A stretch of DNA of 64,000 nt from an uncultured Parcubacteria group bacterium (GCA_947084965.1 CAMTUG010000001.1:276206-340205), one strand, 5' to 3'. Counted from the stretch's first letter, positions 41,829-51,609 are shown. Notes: generated by a model from the sequence alone, not told the origin. Made by a program: numbers and translations.

Positions 41829-42983
41829 ATGAAACATTATCTTTCTGGTCCGTTATTTTTGGGACTTATCGTGACTATGGGCTTTATTCCAATGTCGGTT
41901 TGGGCGGCGAGTGCCTGGCCGGCGTCCACGCAAGGGACGAGTATTGGCGGAGGGTTTGCGGGGATGACTCCGGCATTTGAACCGAGTGGGATTGAATGGT
42001 TGAGTGGGCGTTCTCAATTTGTCGTGGTCGGGGACGAAGGTCAGGTGGCGACGATGAATGCGGACGGAAGTGCTGCCAAGGTCTGGGATCTCGGTCGCAG
42101 CTATGACTTAGAAGGGGTCGCCGTAGCAGATGGGAATTCGAGCCGCGTCTATCTACTCGATGAAAACACCAGCTCGGCATTGGAGTTTGATTTGACGACC
42201 GGAACGCTGACCGGAAAAGTTTGGAGCTTTGCTGACAAACTTTCTGAAATCGACGGTTCTGGAGCGGAAGCTCTCGCTTATGCCAACGGCGCTTTCTATG
42301 TTGGCTGGCAGTACGACGGCGACATTTACGTCTATCCCGCAGATTTGGCGGTTAGTGGCTCGCAAGTTTTTGAACGCGAAATTCACATGACCTCTGGATA
42401 CGTTGATCTTGCTGGACTCACCTACAACAGCGACACCCAAAGACTCTACGCGCTATATGACGGGCTTAACTTGATCGAAGAGCGCTCGCTTAGTGGGGAA
42501 TTGCTCGCTTCCTACACAGCCCCTGGTGTGAATCAGGAGGGTATTGCTTTTGTGAACAACTGCGCTGGATCAAATGCAACGGTGGCGATCGCGGAAGATT
42601 CGGGGAATGTGGTGAGTTACGCGGGGTATCCGATCTCCTGTATTTCTCCGGCCCCAGCTCCTGCCCCTGCACCAGAACCTACGCCAGAGCCAACCCCGGA
42701 GCCAGCTCCTGAACCAGAGCTCATTACGATCACCTCCGTTTCCGGCGTGCGCGATGGGGACATTCTCGTTGCTTACTCCGACGGATCAACGGTGCGTTAC
42801 TCGATCTGGAGCAAAACAACTCGCACCAAGACCTCTGTTCAGCCGCTCACAGATCCGACCCATTACTTAGTGATCCTTGGGAAACAGGTCGCGGTCGTTG
42901 ATGCGATGGATGGTACGATTCTTGGTACGCGCAGCAAACCGCGATCCTCGTCAGTGCTGTACAGCTGGGCCAATTCGTTCTAA
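41829..42983 (+). CDS. Secreted beta-propeller-like protein with a Pro/Glu/Thr linker (possibly SdiA-regulated/YjiK-like)
   Basis: Signal peptide 'MKHYLSGPLFLGLIVTMGFIPMSVWA'. 'FEPSGIEWL' and 'SGAEALAY' repeats. 'PAPAPAPEPTPEPTPEPAPEPE' linker. Confidence 0.55.
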   Translation: MKHYLSGPLFLGLIVTMGFIPMSVWAASAWPASTQGTSIGGGFAGMTPAFEPSGIEWLSGRSQFVVVGDEGQVATMNADGSAAKVWDLGRSYDLEGVAVADGNSSRVYLLDENTSSALEFDLTTGTLTGKVWSFADKLSEIDGSGAEALAYANGAFYVGWQYDGDIYVYPADLAVSGSQVFEREIHMTSGYVDLAGLTYNSDTQRLYALYDGLNLIEERSLSGELLASYTAPGVNQEGIAFVNNCAGSNATVAIAEDSGNVVSYAGYPISCISPAPAPAPAPEPTPEPTPEPAPEPELITITSVSGVRDGDILVAYSDGSTVRYSIWSKTTRTKTSVQPLTDPTHYLVILGKQVAVVDAMDGTILGTRSKPRSSSVLYSWANSF

Positions 42984-43000
42984 AGAAATTCAAGAGAAAC

Positions 43001-43032
43001 AAATCCGGCTCACGGGGCCGGATTTGTGTTTT
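43001..43032 (+). terminator. Intrinsic terminator
   Basis: 'aaatccggc-tcacggg-gccggattt' followed by 'gtgtttt'. Confidence 0.8.
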
Positions 43033-43074
43033 GGAGTTATCCACATTTTGCAACTTTTCTAAGGGAAAAAGGTG

Positions 43075-43103
43075 TTGACGCGTGTCACTGAGTGGAATAG
43101 AAT
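43075..43103 (+). promoter_or_regulatory. mraZ (dcw) promoter
   Basis: TTGACG (43075-43080), a 17-nt spacer, then TAGAAT (43098-43103). Confidence 0.6.
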
Positions 43104-43136
43104 GGGGTTACAGGGAACGAAGTGGGTAACTGTGGG
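43092..43136 (+). promoter_or_regulatory. Array of five 10-bp-phased (G/A)TGG(G/A) boxes (MraZ operator-like)
   Basis: gtgga 43092, atggg 43102, aggga 43112, gtggg 43122 and gtggg 43132, overlapping and just downstream of the -10 box. MraZ is known to bind phased TGGGN repeats at its own promoter. Confidence 0.6.
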
Positions 43137-43247
43137 GAAGGTCGATCAACGCGTCGGCGTCCTCATTTTTATTCTCCTGTGGGGTACAAAGCAATCGCAA
43201 AACAAAAACAAAAAGTGCCTGCTAAGTAACGTGACCGTGAGTCCACT

Positions 43248-43679
43248 ATGTTTCTCGGAGAATATCATCACTCCATAGACGAGAAAGGCCGACTGGCAGT
43301 GCCAGTGAAGTTTCGGGCTGACTTGTCGAAGGGGGCGGTGATCACTCGGGGACTCGACGGCGCGTTATTCTTGTTTCCCCAGGAGGAGTGGGGAAAGCTT
43401 GCAGAGAAATTGGCAAGCTTGCCCTTGGGGCGAGCAAACTCACGTGCATTCGCCCGGCTCATGCTTGCGGGCGCAATGGACGCTTCACTCGATAAACAAG
43501 GCCGCGTCGTCGTCCCCGAGTTCCTCCGGGAGTATGCGGGTATTGCCAAAACGGTGGTAATCGCTGGTCTCTATAACCGTCTGGAAATTTGGGATGAAGC
43601 GAAGTGGGCTTTATACAAAACCGAAACAGAAGGGGAGGCAGGCGGGATTGCAGAACAGTTGGGTGAGCTTGGGCTCTAG
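43248..43679 (+). CDS. mraZ: Transcriptional regulator MraZ
   Basis: 'MFLGEYHHSIDEKGRLAVPVKFR' and a second SpoVT/AbrB-like repeat, 'DKQGRVVVPEFLR'. Confidence 0.95.
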   Translation: MFLGEYHHSIDEKGRLAVPVKFRADLSKGAVITRGLDGALFLFPQEEWGKLAEKLASLPLGRANSRAFARLMLAGAMDASLDKQGRVVVPEFLREYAGIAKTVVIAGLYNRLEIWDEAKWALYKTETEGEAGGIAEQLGELGL

Positions 43680-43681
43680 CT

Positions 43682-44614
43682 ATGCAACACATCCCCGTTT
43701 TAGCCGAAGAAGTCCTCCGCGCCCTGCATCCAGAACCTGGGCAGGATTTTATCGACGGTACGGTCGGACTTGGTGGACATGCCAAGCTGATCCTCGAAGC
43801 CACGGCCCCGAACGGACGATTGCTCGCCTTTGATAAGGATGCGGCCAATCTGGCGACCGCGAAAGAACATCTGAAATCGTTTGGCGACCGTGTCGTTTTT
43901 GTAAACGCCTCGTACGCCACTTTGAAAGAAAACGTGTATGTACATGGATTTGGTGAAGCTCGCGGTTTACTCTTGGACCTTGGCTTCAGCTCAGTTCACA
44001 TCGAAGATCCAGAACGCGGATTTTCTTTCCAAAGTGCAGGACCTTTGGACATGAGGTATGACCTCCGCCAGGAACTCACAGCCGAAACGATTGTGAATTC
44101 ATGGCGGGCGGAAGATCTGACCGATATCTTCCGTGTCTACGGAGAGGAACGACATGCCGGGAAGATTGCCAGACGCCTCGTGGAGGAACGCCGACGCGAA
44201 CGGATCCAAACAACGGATCGTCTCGCCCAAATCATCTCAAGCGTCGTGCCACGCAGCGGAAAAATTCATCCAGCCACTCGCGTTTTCCAAGCGCTCCGCA
44301 TTGCGGTAAATGACGAGCTCAATGAGCTCGAAACAGTACTGCCTGAGACGCTAGACGTATTACCGGCTGGGGCAACCCTTGCCGTCATATCGTTCCACTC
44401 CCTCGAAGACCGCATCGTCAAGCAATTCATGAAGGCGCATGCGGGGAACGGGTTGGAGGTGAAGACAAAAAGACCGATCGAACCGAGCGAAGCAGAAATC
44501 AAAAAAAATCCGCGGGCACGGAGCGCTAAGCTTCGGGTCGCGGAAGTCACTGGGGGATATGAACGCGCAAACAAAAATCAACACATCGAGAATCGTCCTC
44601 CTGAACACTGTTAG
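43682..44614 (+). CDS. rsmH: 16S rRNA (cytosine1402-N4)-methyltransferase RsmH
   Basis: 'HIPVL', 'DGTVGLGGH', 'LLDLGFSS' and 'ISFHSLEDRIVK'. Confidence 0.95.
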   Translation: MQHIPVLAEEVLRALHPEPGQDFIDGTVGLGGHAKLILEATAPNGRLLAFDKDAANLATAKEHLKSFGDRVVFVNASYATLKENVYVHGFGEARGLLLDLGFSSVHIEDPERGFSFQSAGPLDMRYDLRQELTAETIVNSWRAEDLTDIFRVYGEERHAGKIARRLVEERRRERIQTTDRLAQIISSVVPRSGKIHPATRVFQALRIAVNDELNELETVLPETLDVLPAGATLAVISFHSLEDRIVKQFMKAHAGNGLEVKTKRPIEPSEAEIKKNPRARSAKLRVAEVTGGYERANKNQHIENRPPEHC

Positions 44615-44870
44615 CTTCTGTCTTGTCATTGTGATGGGGGTCGGCTATATTGCTCAAATCAACCGGAGCGCCAGTCACGGGTTCGAGATGAAGGCGCTTG
44701 AGGAACGGATTGCCGCACTGAACGTAGAGAACGAAGGACTGGAATTTGCGGTTGCAGAACATCAAAGTGTGGACACGGTGACGCGCAAATTAAAGATGCT
44801 CGGGATGGTCCCCGTTGACCAGATCGCCTATACGAGCGGCGCAACGTCTTCCGTTGCCATCAATCGATAA
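44559..44870 (+). CDS. FtsL-like cell-division protein
   Basis: 103 aa. A single TM helix, then the coiled coil 'KALEERIAALNVENEGLEF'. It occupies the canonical position after rsmH and overlaps rsmH by 56 nt. Confidence 0.6.
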   Translation: MNAQTKINTSRIVLLNTVSFCLVIVMGVGYIAQINRSASHGFEMKALEERIAALNVENEGLEFAVAEHQSVDTVTRKLKMLGMVPVDQIAYTSGATSSVAINR

Positions 44871-44872
44871 AC

Positions 44873-45910
44873 ATGAAATCGTTTACTACTTCGCACGGGA
44901 CAATTCAGTTTCCAGAGTTCATGCCGATCGCCACCAAAGGCGCGGTCAAAACGCTGGATGTGGGGGATCTGCGACACTTAGGTGCGCAGATCATTTTGTC
45001 GAATACGTATCATTTGCTGTTGCGTCCTGGGCTTGAAGGGATGAAGAAACTTGGCGGTCTGCATCGTTTTATGGGTTGGGATGGGCCGATCTTAACGGAT
45101 AGCGGTGGATACCAAGTATTTTCTCTGCCCAACAAAACGACCGAAGAAGGGGTGGAGTTTAAATCCCCGATCGACGGAGCCAAGATTTTTTTGACTCCGG
45201 AATTGTCGATGGAGATGCAGACCGCGATCGGTTCAGACATTGTGATGCAGTTTGATGACGTTGCGGCAGGAGATTCTGATCGTGTGCGCTACGAAGAAGC
45301 GATGCAGCGATCACTGCGATGGGCCAAGCGATGCAGAGAATCGTACAACGGTCCTGGAAAACTGTTTGGGATTGTTCAAGGGGGGACGCATGAAGATTTG
45401 CGCGAGAGATCAGCGACAGAGTTGATGAAGATCGGCTTTGATGGCTACGCCATCGGCGGTCTTTCCGTAGGGGAAAAACGCGAGGATGCATTTCGTATTG
45501 CCAAGCACGTGGCGGCGATGCTTCCGGCGGACAAGCCGCGGTATTTTATGGGCGGCGGGTTTCCGGAGGAGATCGTCTATTATGTTTCTGTTGGCATCGA
45601 CATGTTTGATTGTGTTCTCCCGACGCGTAATGCACGGCACGGAACGTTATTTGTGTGGAAAGGGGAGCCAGGAGAGTGTGTGCGAAAGGCGTATGATTTG
45701 GCGTTGTCGGGGGGACCAGATAAAGAAATAGCGGCCGTTTTGTACGAACAGTTGCATGTGACGAACGAAAAGTTCGCGTTCGATGAACAATGGGGCTACT
45801 TGCGGCATCTGTTTATGGTCGGGGAGCCGCTGGCGATGCGATTGGCCACTCTCCACAACCTGAAGTTTTATTTGCAGCTGATGGAAGAGTTGAGAGGTAT
45901 CAAAAAATAA
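44873..45910 (+). CDS. tgt: Queuine tRNA-ribosyltransferase
   Basis: 'ILSNTYHL', 'LTDSGGYQVFSL' and 'GLSVGE'. It is short (345 aa) and I do not see the usual C-terminal zinc cluster. Confidence 0.85.
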   Translation: MKSFTTSHGTIQFPEFMPIATKGAVKTLDVGDLRHLGAQIILSNTYHLLLRPGLEGMKKLGGLHRFMGWDGPILTDSGGYQVFSLPNKTTEEGVEFKSPIDGAKIFLTPELSMEMQTAIGSDIVMQFDDVAAGDSDRVRYEEAMQRSLRWAKRCRESYNGPGKLFGIVQGGTHEDLRERSATELMKIGFDGYAIGGLSVGEKREDAFRIAKHVAAMLPADKPRYFMGGGFPEEIVYYVSVGIDMFDCVLPTRNARHGTLFVWKGEPGECVRKAYDLALSGGPDKEIAAVLYEQLHVTNEKFAFDEQWGYLRHLFMVGEPLAMRLATLHNLKFYLQLMEELRGIKK

Positions 45911-45920
45911 TGCCGAATCG

Positions 45921-45944
45921 AATATGCCTCTCGAGAGGCATATT
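45921..45944. terminator. Bidirectional hairpin between convergent genes
   Basis: 'aatatgcctctc-gagaggcatatt' is a perfect palindrome. Confidence 0.6.
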
Positions 45945-45955
45945 GCTATGGGCCA

Positions 45956-46585
45956 TTATTTTGCTACAGCCACCTCGGATTCGCGTTCAGAGTATTGGCG
46001 ATCACTAAGCCGTTTGAGTTCAAGGAGAAGGCGAGCGATTTTGGTCGCCTCTGGGACGAGCGCTTCTTCGAGTCCTTGAATCGATTTGGTGATGCGGGTA
46101 ACGGCGGCAGGGTCGTCTGACTTTTCTTTTAGGAGTTCACGCTTCATCTCTATTGCAGAAAGGATTGGGAAGTATCCGTTCAATTTCTGGGCGAGATAAT
46201 TTGTGATCGTTGGGAGATTGGCAGAGGTGCTGACATCGGCCAGTGAGGAATTGCGATAAAGTTCCTCGATCGATTTCGGATACGGAAGCGGATGACCGTG
46301 TTCGTCGTCGCGTTTAAAAAGCTCGAGATCTCGGGTGAAAAGTTGATCGATCTGTTCTTGGTCCATCAGTTCTGTTGAACGGAGGATTTCCTGAAAGAGC
46401 GGCTGGGCGAGGAGCGTTTCGAGGTTTGCTTGGAGCTGACGGGTGGTGAATTCTGTCCCTTCTTTTGCTCGCTCTATCTCCCAAACATGGTTAAGGGCCG
46501 GCAGGTGTGCATAATCAACCGGCGGCGCATTGGGTGCCTCTGGTGCTGTAAACATCTGTTCTGAAAAACCTTCTTCTCCGGACAT
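45956..46585 (-). CDS. Hypothetical protein
   Basis: About 209 aa starting at 'MSGEEGFSEQ'. No motif recognised. Confidence 0.5.
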   Translation of the reverse strand: MSGEEGFSEQMFTAPEAPNAPPVDYAHLPALNHVWEIERAKEGTEFTTRQLQANLETLLAQPLFQEILRSTELMDQEQIDQLFTRDLELFKRDDEHGHPLPYPKSIEELYRNSSLADVSTSANLPTITNYLAQKLNGYFPILSAIEMKRELLKEKSDDPAAVTRITKSIQGLEEALVPEATKIARLLLELKRLSDRQYSERESEVAVAK

Positions 46586-46627
46586 AGTGTGGTGATTATC
46601 GCACAGGGATGGTAAAATAGGCAACGT

Positions 46628-47005
46628 ATGGCACAGAACGCGGTTGCCCTTAGTGCGAAGTATTTTGTGGTCGATCTCATCGGTGGGATCGTCCTTTTTC
46701 CGGTCTGGTGGTACACGCGCGGATTGGTGAAAATGGGGAGCGGTGTGTTGGACTTTTGGACAGCGGAGCGCAGTTCGCTAGCGATCGGTGTTTGGATCAA
46801 GAACATCTTCACCCCCATGTACGGTACGCACGATATCGCTGGGCGATTGATCAGCTTTTTCATGCGCATCGTGCAGATCATCGGTCGAACGATTGTGCTC
46901 CTGATTTGGACCGTGCTCTTGCTCCTCTTTTTTGTGGCCTATCTCGTTTTTCCTGCCTTTGTCGCTCTGGAAGTAGTCTATCACCTTGTTGGATCGCTTT
47001 TATGA
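46628..47005 (+). CDS. Small membrane protein
   Basis: 125 aa with 3-4 hydrophobic helices. ATGA overlap with the ClpC-like gene. Confidence 0.55.
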   Translation: MAQNAVALSAKYFVVDLIGGIVLFPVWWYTRGLVKMGSGVLDFWTAERSSLAIGVWIKNIFTPMYGTHDIAGRLISFFMRIVQIIGRTIVLLIWTVLLLLFFVAYLVFPAFVALEVVYHLVGSLL

Positions 47006-49593
47006 AGGGACTTGTTGTAAACAGTAAGCCGTTCGCCTTCACGGAACGCGTCGATGAAGTATCTATCATGTTGAAGCACGCACGTGATGGGGTGCAGAAA
47101 CTGATCGATCTCGTTGTGTTAGCTGGTGTCGTGCTCCTTCTGGCAATTTTTGCTCTCGGTACATTCGTGCTTAGCGATCCGGCAGAGATGATTGAACTTC
47201 TCTTTTGGACGACCCCAAGCGCTTATCTGTTCTGCTTCTGGTCTGCCATCTTTTTGATTCTGTTCTTCATCTATCGTCGGCTTGAGGCACGCCGCGAACA
47301 CGCCGTTCTGCCGACGCTCGAGCCTGACGCCGCTGCAGCGCTCGCACCAACCGATCTTTCTCACGGCCACAATATTCGCCAGTTCATGGATGACGAGGCG
47401 GTCAAATCCGTTGAACAAGGATTTGAAACGGCGCATAAGTTCAAACATGGAAGCGTTGATGCCCTTCACCTGTTTATCGGATCGCTGACCACACGTGAGG
47501 CATCCATCGTCTTTGCGCGCCTCGGATTATCATTCGATACGATGCGTGATGCGGTTGTGCGTCGACTTGCTTCCTTGCCCGCGGCGGGTGGAACGACTCT
47601 CGGTGACAACGCGCAGAAGATTTTGGCGCAGGCCATGAAGTCCGCTATCGTCCATCGACGCCGTCACATTACCCCGGTTGAGCTGATGATCGCTGCGTAT
47701 GACGCAGACGAATTTTTACAGGAGTTATTGTACAGTAAAAAAATTGAACGCCAGGATTTCGAAAACGTCTTGCAGTGGATTCGCATCAACGACGAACAGC
47801 GCCGCCGGATCAAAGAGTTTTCTCGGGCCGCGTCCCTCAAGCCAAAGGGGCCGGTCAACCGTGCCTACACGTCGGTGGCGACACCGTTTCTTGATTCTGT
47901 TTCGGACGACCTGACGCGTGCCGCGGCTTGGGGGCAGTTGCCAATGCTGGTTGGACGCGCTCAGGAATTGACCTCTGTGTTTCGGGCGATCGAAGGGGGG
48001 AATCAGAGCGTTGTTTTGGTTGGGCTACCAGGAGTGGGAAAGGACGCGTTGATTTCGGGGATCGCCGAAGCGATGGTTGAAGAGCGCGTGCCAGAGATTT
48101 TACAAGACAAGCGCTTAGTGAAAATTTCTCTGCCACACATTATTGCCGGATCAAGCGGTACGCAGGCTGAGGCTAAGCTTCTGCAAGCTCTGCGCGAAAT
48201 TGCGATTTCTGGAAACATCGTTACGGTCATCACCGACATCGACCAGATGATCGGGCAGGGGCTCGATCTTTCGGCAATTTTGTCGCAAGAGCTGGATCGT
48301 CGCTACACGTTTGTGATCGCTACCACAACGCCGGAAGGGTATGCCAGCAAGGTGGAGCGCTCGGTGCTCGGACAGAAGCTGATTAAAATTGACGTTCAAG
48401 AGCCGAAGCAAAACGAAGCCATTCATATCCTTGAAGCCAAGATCGGATCGATTGAATATAAGCACAACGTCGTCTTTACGTATGAAGCGGTCAGCCGTGT
48501 CGTTTCCTTAACCGATCGCTACATGCACGATCGTCAGTTGCCAGAAAAGGCGATCGAAGTGGCTCAAGAAGTTGCCCTCGAGGTGCATAAAAAGAAGGGC
48601 GACGGAGCGCGGGTGGTTGGGGAAGATGTTGCCGCGATCATCAGCGAAAAAACGCGTGTGCCGGTGACCGAAGTCGCCAGCGAGGAAAAAGAGAAGTTGC
48701 TGCACTTGGAAGAGCGGATGCACGGCCGTGTCGTTGGTCAAGACGAGGCGGTCAAAGCGATTGCGGCGGCGTTGCGTCGCGCCCGTGCGGACTTGCGTTC
48801 CCAAGATCGTCCGATCGCCAACTTTTTGTTTCTTGGGCCAACCGGGGTCGGAAAAACGGAGCTGGCCAAAACGGTCAGTGAAGTGTACTTCGGCAGCGAA
48901 GGGGCGATGCTTCGCTTTGATATGTCGGAATATCAGGAGCAGGGGAGCATTAATCGTCTGATCGGTGCGGCCGGGCAAGGGGGGTTGATTACTGAAGCGG
49001 TGCGTAAAGCTCCGTTCTCTTTATTGCTCCTCGATGAACTTGAGAAGGCGCATCCAGATATTTTGAACCTCTTCCTGCAAGTGATGGATGACGGCCGTTT
49101 GACCGACGGCGCGGGTCGCACGATCGACTTTACCAACGTTATTTTGATCGCCACGTCAAACGCCGGGGCGCAGTATCTGCAGCAGGCGGTCCGTCAGAAC
49201 ATTCCAATGGAGCAGATCAAGGAGAACCTGATCGAAAACGAACTCAAGGGCATTTATCGTCCAGAGTTTTTGAACCGCTTCGATGGAATTATCGTTTTCA
49301 AGCCGCTTGGGATGGAAGAGGTTGTGCAGATCGCTTATCTCATGATTTCTAAAGTTACGGAACGATTGAAGGCGAAGGGGATTACGTTCCGCGCCAGCGA
49401 CGAAGCGGTGTACGAATTGGCGCAAAAAGGATTTGATCCAAAGTTTGGTGCGCGTCCGTTGCGCCGAGTGATTCAGGAAGAGGTCGACAACGCCGTGGCG
49501 ACCGTCCTTTTGAAAGGGGAAGTGGGACGTCGCGATACGCTGGTGCTTGAAGCAGGGGGCAAGATTCACGTCGAAAAGGCGGCCGAGCTGTAG
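47002..49593 (+). CDS. ClpC/ClpB-like AAA+ chaperone with an N-terminal membrane anchor
   Basis: TM helices at about residues 35-95. Clp_N-like 'VDALHLFIGSLTTREASIVFARLGL'. D1 has an atypical P-loop, 'GLPGVGKD'. D2 has the canonical 'GPTGVGKTELAK' and 'GARPLRR'. The start is taken at ATG 47002. Confidence 0.8.
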   Translation: MKGLVVNSKPFAFTERVDEVSIMLKHARDGVQKLIDLVVLAGVVLLLAIFALGTFVLSDPAEMIELLFWTTPSAYLFCFWSAIFLILFFIYRRLEARREHAVLPTLEPDAAAALAPTDLSHGHNIRQFMDDEAVKSVEQGFETAHKFKHGSVDALHLFIGSLTTREASIVFARLGLSFDTMRDAVVRRLASLPAAGGTTLGDNAQKILAQAMKSAIVHRRRHITPVELMIAAYDADEFLQELLYSKKIERQDFENVLQWIRINDEQRRRIKEFSRAASLKPKGPVNRAYTSVATPFLDSVSDDLTRAAAWGQLPMLVGRAQELTSVFRAIEGGNQSVVLVGLPGVGKDALISGIAEAMVEERVPEILQDKRLVKISLPHIIAGSSGTQAEAKLLQALREIAISGNIVTVITDIDQMIGQGLDLSAILSQELDRRYTFVIATTTPEGYASKVERSVLGQKLIKIDVQEPKQNEAIHILEAKIGSIEYKHNVVFTYEAVSRVVSLTDRYMHDRQLPEKAIEVAQEVALEVHKKKGDGARVVGEDVAAIISEKTRVPVTEVASEEKEKLLHLEERMHGRVVGQDEAVKAIAAALRRARADLRSQDRPIANFLFLGPTGVGKTELAKTVSEVYFGSEGAMLRFDMSEYQEQGSINRLIGAAGQGGLITEAVRKAPFSLLLLDELEKAHPDILNLFLQVMDDGRLTDGAGRTIDFTNVILIATSNAGAQYLQQAVRQNIPMEQIKENLIENELKGIYRPEFLNRFDGIIVFKPLGMEEVVQIAYLMISKVTERLKAKGITFRASDEAVYELAQKGFDPKFGARPLRRVIQEEVDNAVATVLLKGEVGRRDTLVLEAGGKIHVEKAAEL

Positions 49594-49594
49594 T

Positions 49595-50650
49595 ATGCAA
49601 TTCTTCTGGTTTCTTTGGGCGGGTCTCGGGTTTCTCGTTGCCTTCCTAGCGATCCCGTTGATCGCTAGGTTTGCCGAACGCGCCGGAGTGGTAGCTCGGC
49701 CTTCTGGACACCCCAAAGAGGTGCACAAAAGCCCCGTTCCATTGCTTGGTGGGCTCGCAGTTTTTTTAGGTGTCGGTGTGCCCCTCCTGTTGATCTTAGC
49801 GACGAGTGACGCTCTGACCGACGGATTGATCCATGCCAGTCACTATCTTGGGTTTCTTCTTGGCGGTGCGGTTCTCATGATCGGTGGATTTTTAGACGAC
49901 AAATACAACCTCCCTCCCAAGGTCACGATTCTTTTTCCCATGATCGCCGCGGCCACGGCCGTCCTTTTCGGGATCGGGGTTGATCGACTGACAAATCCCT
50001 TTGGTGAAACGCCGTTTTTTCTCGCAGACTGGCAATCTTCTTTGCTGACGTTTGTCTGGTTGATGGTCGTCATGTACACCACAAAGTTTCTTGATGGTCT
50101 CGACGGCTTAGCAAGTGGCGTCAGTGGGATCGGTGCGTTTATGATGTTCTTGCTGGCTGTCACGGTGACGTATTTTCAACCGGACGTGGCATTATTCTCG
50201 TTGATTGCGGTCGGGGCGCTGGCAGCATTTTTTGTCTGGAACTTTCATCCGGCCGTTATTTTTCTTGGTGAAGGCGGGAGTACGTATGTCGGATTTTTAC
50301 TCGGCGTGCTTTCGGTCATCGGTGGAGCCAAACTCGGTACACTCCTTCTCGTTCTGGCTATTCCGTTCCTTGATGTGTTGTGGGTCGTGTTGCGCCGTGT
50401 GTTCGTTGAGCATAAATCACCGACGTCCGGTGACCGCAAGCATCTTCATCATCGTCTGCTTGATCTTGGATTGTCTCAGCGTCAAGTGGTCGTCCTCTAC
50501 GTCGGTGTCGCTGCCGCGTCCGGTATGTCGACCCTTCTGCTTCAAAGTCGCGACAAGATTATTACCTTTGGCGTCATCGCTACGCTGATGATCATCGCCG
50601 CGACCTATATTGTTATCACCAGTCGCAAGCGCCTTGAGCACAACGTATGA
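49595..50650 (+). CDS. Polyprenyl-phosphate N-acetylhexosamine-1-phosphate transferase (WecA/TagO-like, MraY superfamily)
   Basis: 'VHKSPVPLLGGLAVF', 'DDKYNL', 'KFLDGLDGLA' and 'HLHHRL'. 10-11 TM helices. Confidence 0.8.
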   Translation: MQFFWFLWAGLGFLVAFLAIPLIARFAERAGVVARPSGHPKEVHKSPVPLLGGLAVFLGVGVPLLLILATSDALTDGLIHASHYLGFLLGGAVLMIGGFLDDKYNLPPKVTILFPMIAAATAVLFGIGVDRLTNPFGETPFFLADWQSSLLTFVWLMVVMYTTKFLDGLDGLASGVSGIGAFMMFLLAVTVTYFQPDVALFSLIAVGALAAFFVWNFHPAVIFLGEGGSTYVGFLLGVLSVIGGAKLGTLLLVLAIPFLDVLWVVLRRVFVEHKSPTSGDRKHLHHRLLDLGLSQRQVVVLYVGVAAASGMSTLLLQSRDKIITFGVIATLMIIAATYIVITSRKRLEHNV

Positions 50651-51114
50651 TCAAACGCTCTTGGCGATTGTTGATTCTTCTCGCTGCTATCGTGATCATC
50701 GCGATCATGGTGATGAGGATGTCGTCGCCGTCGATCGGTGTGCCCGATGACGGATCTGTTGCATTCGAAGGTGGACCGATCGTTCCGGTGGAGATCTCGG
50801 ATTCACAAGACGAACAGGTTCGTGGACTCTCGGGGCGCGATGGGCTCGCTCCAGGATCAGGAATGCTCTTTGTCTACGATGATCAAAAGGTCCGGACATA
50901 TTGGATGAAAGAGATGCGTTTCTCGATCGATATTATTTGGATTGCGGACGGACAGGTGATCGGGTTTGTCGAGCGCGCTGTGCCGCCGATCGGTCCGGGC
51001 GACCCGCTTGATCTGTACCGGTCCCCAGAACCCGCTGATCGTGTTCTTGAAGTTGAGGCGGGTTTTATCGAAGAACACGGGGTCTTCATCGGGCAGACGG
51101 TGGTAACCAATTGA
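50647..51114 (+). CDS. DUF192-family protein
   Basis: 'GLSGRDGLAPGSGMLFVY' and 'FSIDIIWI'. N-terminal TM helix. ATGA overlap with the upstream gene. Confidence 0.65.
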   Translation: MIKRSWRLLILLAAIVIIAIMVMRMSSPSIGVPDDGSVAFEGGPIVPVEISDSQDEQVRGLSGRDGLAPGSGMLFVYDDQKVRTYWMKEMRFSIDIIWIADGQVIGFVERAVPPIGPGDPLDLYRSPEPADRVLEVEAGFIEEHGVFIGQTVVTN

Positions 51115-51215
51115 CGTTTTTCGTCTTCTTTGCTACTATTTTCGCGTCATTCACAGCGCTGGCCAATGGGTTTCAAGAGCTGAAAAGCCCCCAGGTGCCG
51201 CGGTAATTTAAGAGT

Positions 51216-51524
51216 ATGTTCGCAGTTATTAAGACGGGTGGTAAGCAGGAGATCGTCCGCGAAGGACAGCTTTTGACCACCGAAAAGCTCGAGATCGAAG
51301 TCGGTAAGCCCGTAGAATTCGAGGTATTGCTCACCGCCGAAGATGACGGATCGTCGGTCGAAGTCGGCAAGCCGGTGCTCAAAACGGTGGTCAAAGGGAC
51401 GGTCGTTGAACACGGTAAGGGCGATAAAGTGTCGGTTATCAAATACAAAGCCAAGTCGCGTTACCGCCGCAACGGCAGCCACCGACAGCCATTCACCAAA
51501 GTCAAAATCGAAAAGATCGGATAA
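51216..51524 (+). CDS. rplU: 50S ribosomal protein L21
   Basis: 'MFAVIKTGGKQEIVREGQ' and 'VIKYKAKSRYRRNGSHRQPFTKVKIEKI'. Confidence 0.95.
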   Translation: MFAVIKTGGKQEIVREGQLLTTEKLEIEVGKPVEFEVLLTAEDDGSSVEVGKPVLKTVVKGTVVEHGKGDKVSVIKYKAKSRYRRNGSHRQPFTKVKIEKIG

Positions 51525-51528
51525 GGAG

Positions 51529-51553
51529 AGCGGGGTCATGCGCCCCGCTTTTT
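51529..51553 (+). terminator. rplU terminator
   Basis: 'agcgggg-tcatgcg-ccccgct' followed by 'ttttt'. Confidence 0.8.
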
Positions 51554-51559
51554 CGTTTC

Positions 51560-51609
51560 AAAAACAGAAGCGCGCACCCGGAGAGAGCGGCTAGCCGGGT
51601 GGGCTTCTG
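51560..51609 (-). terminator. Terminator of the membrane-anchored orphan
   Basis: The minus strand reads 'cagaagcccacccgg...ccgggtgcgcgcttctg' followed by 'ttttt'. Confidence 0.65.
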
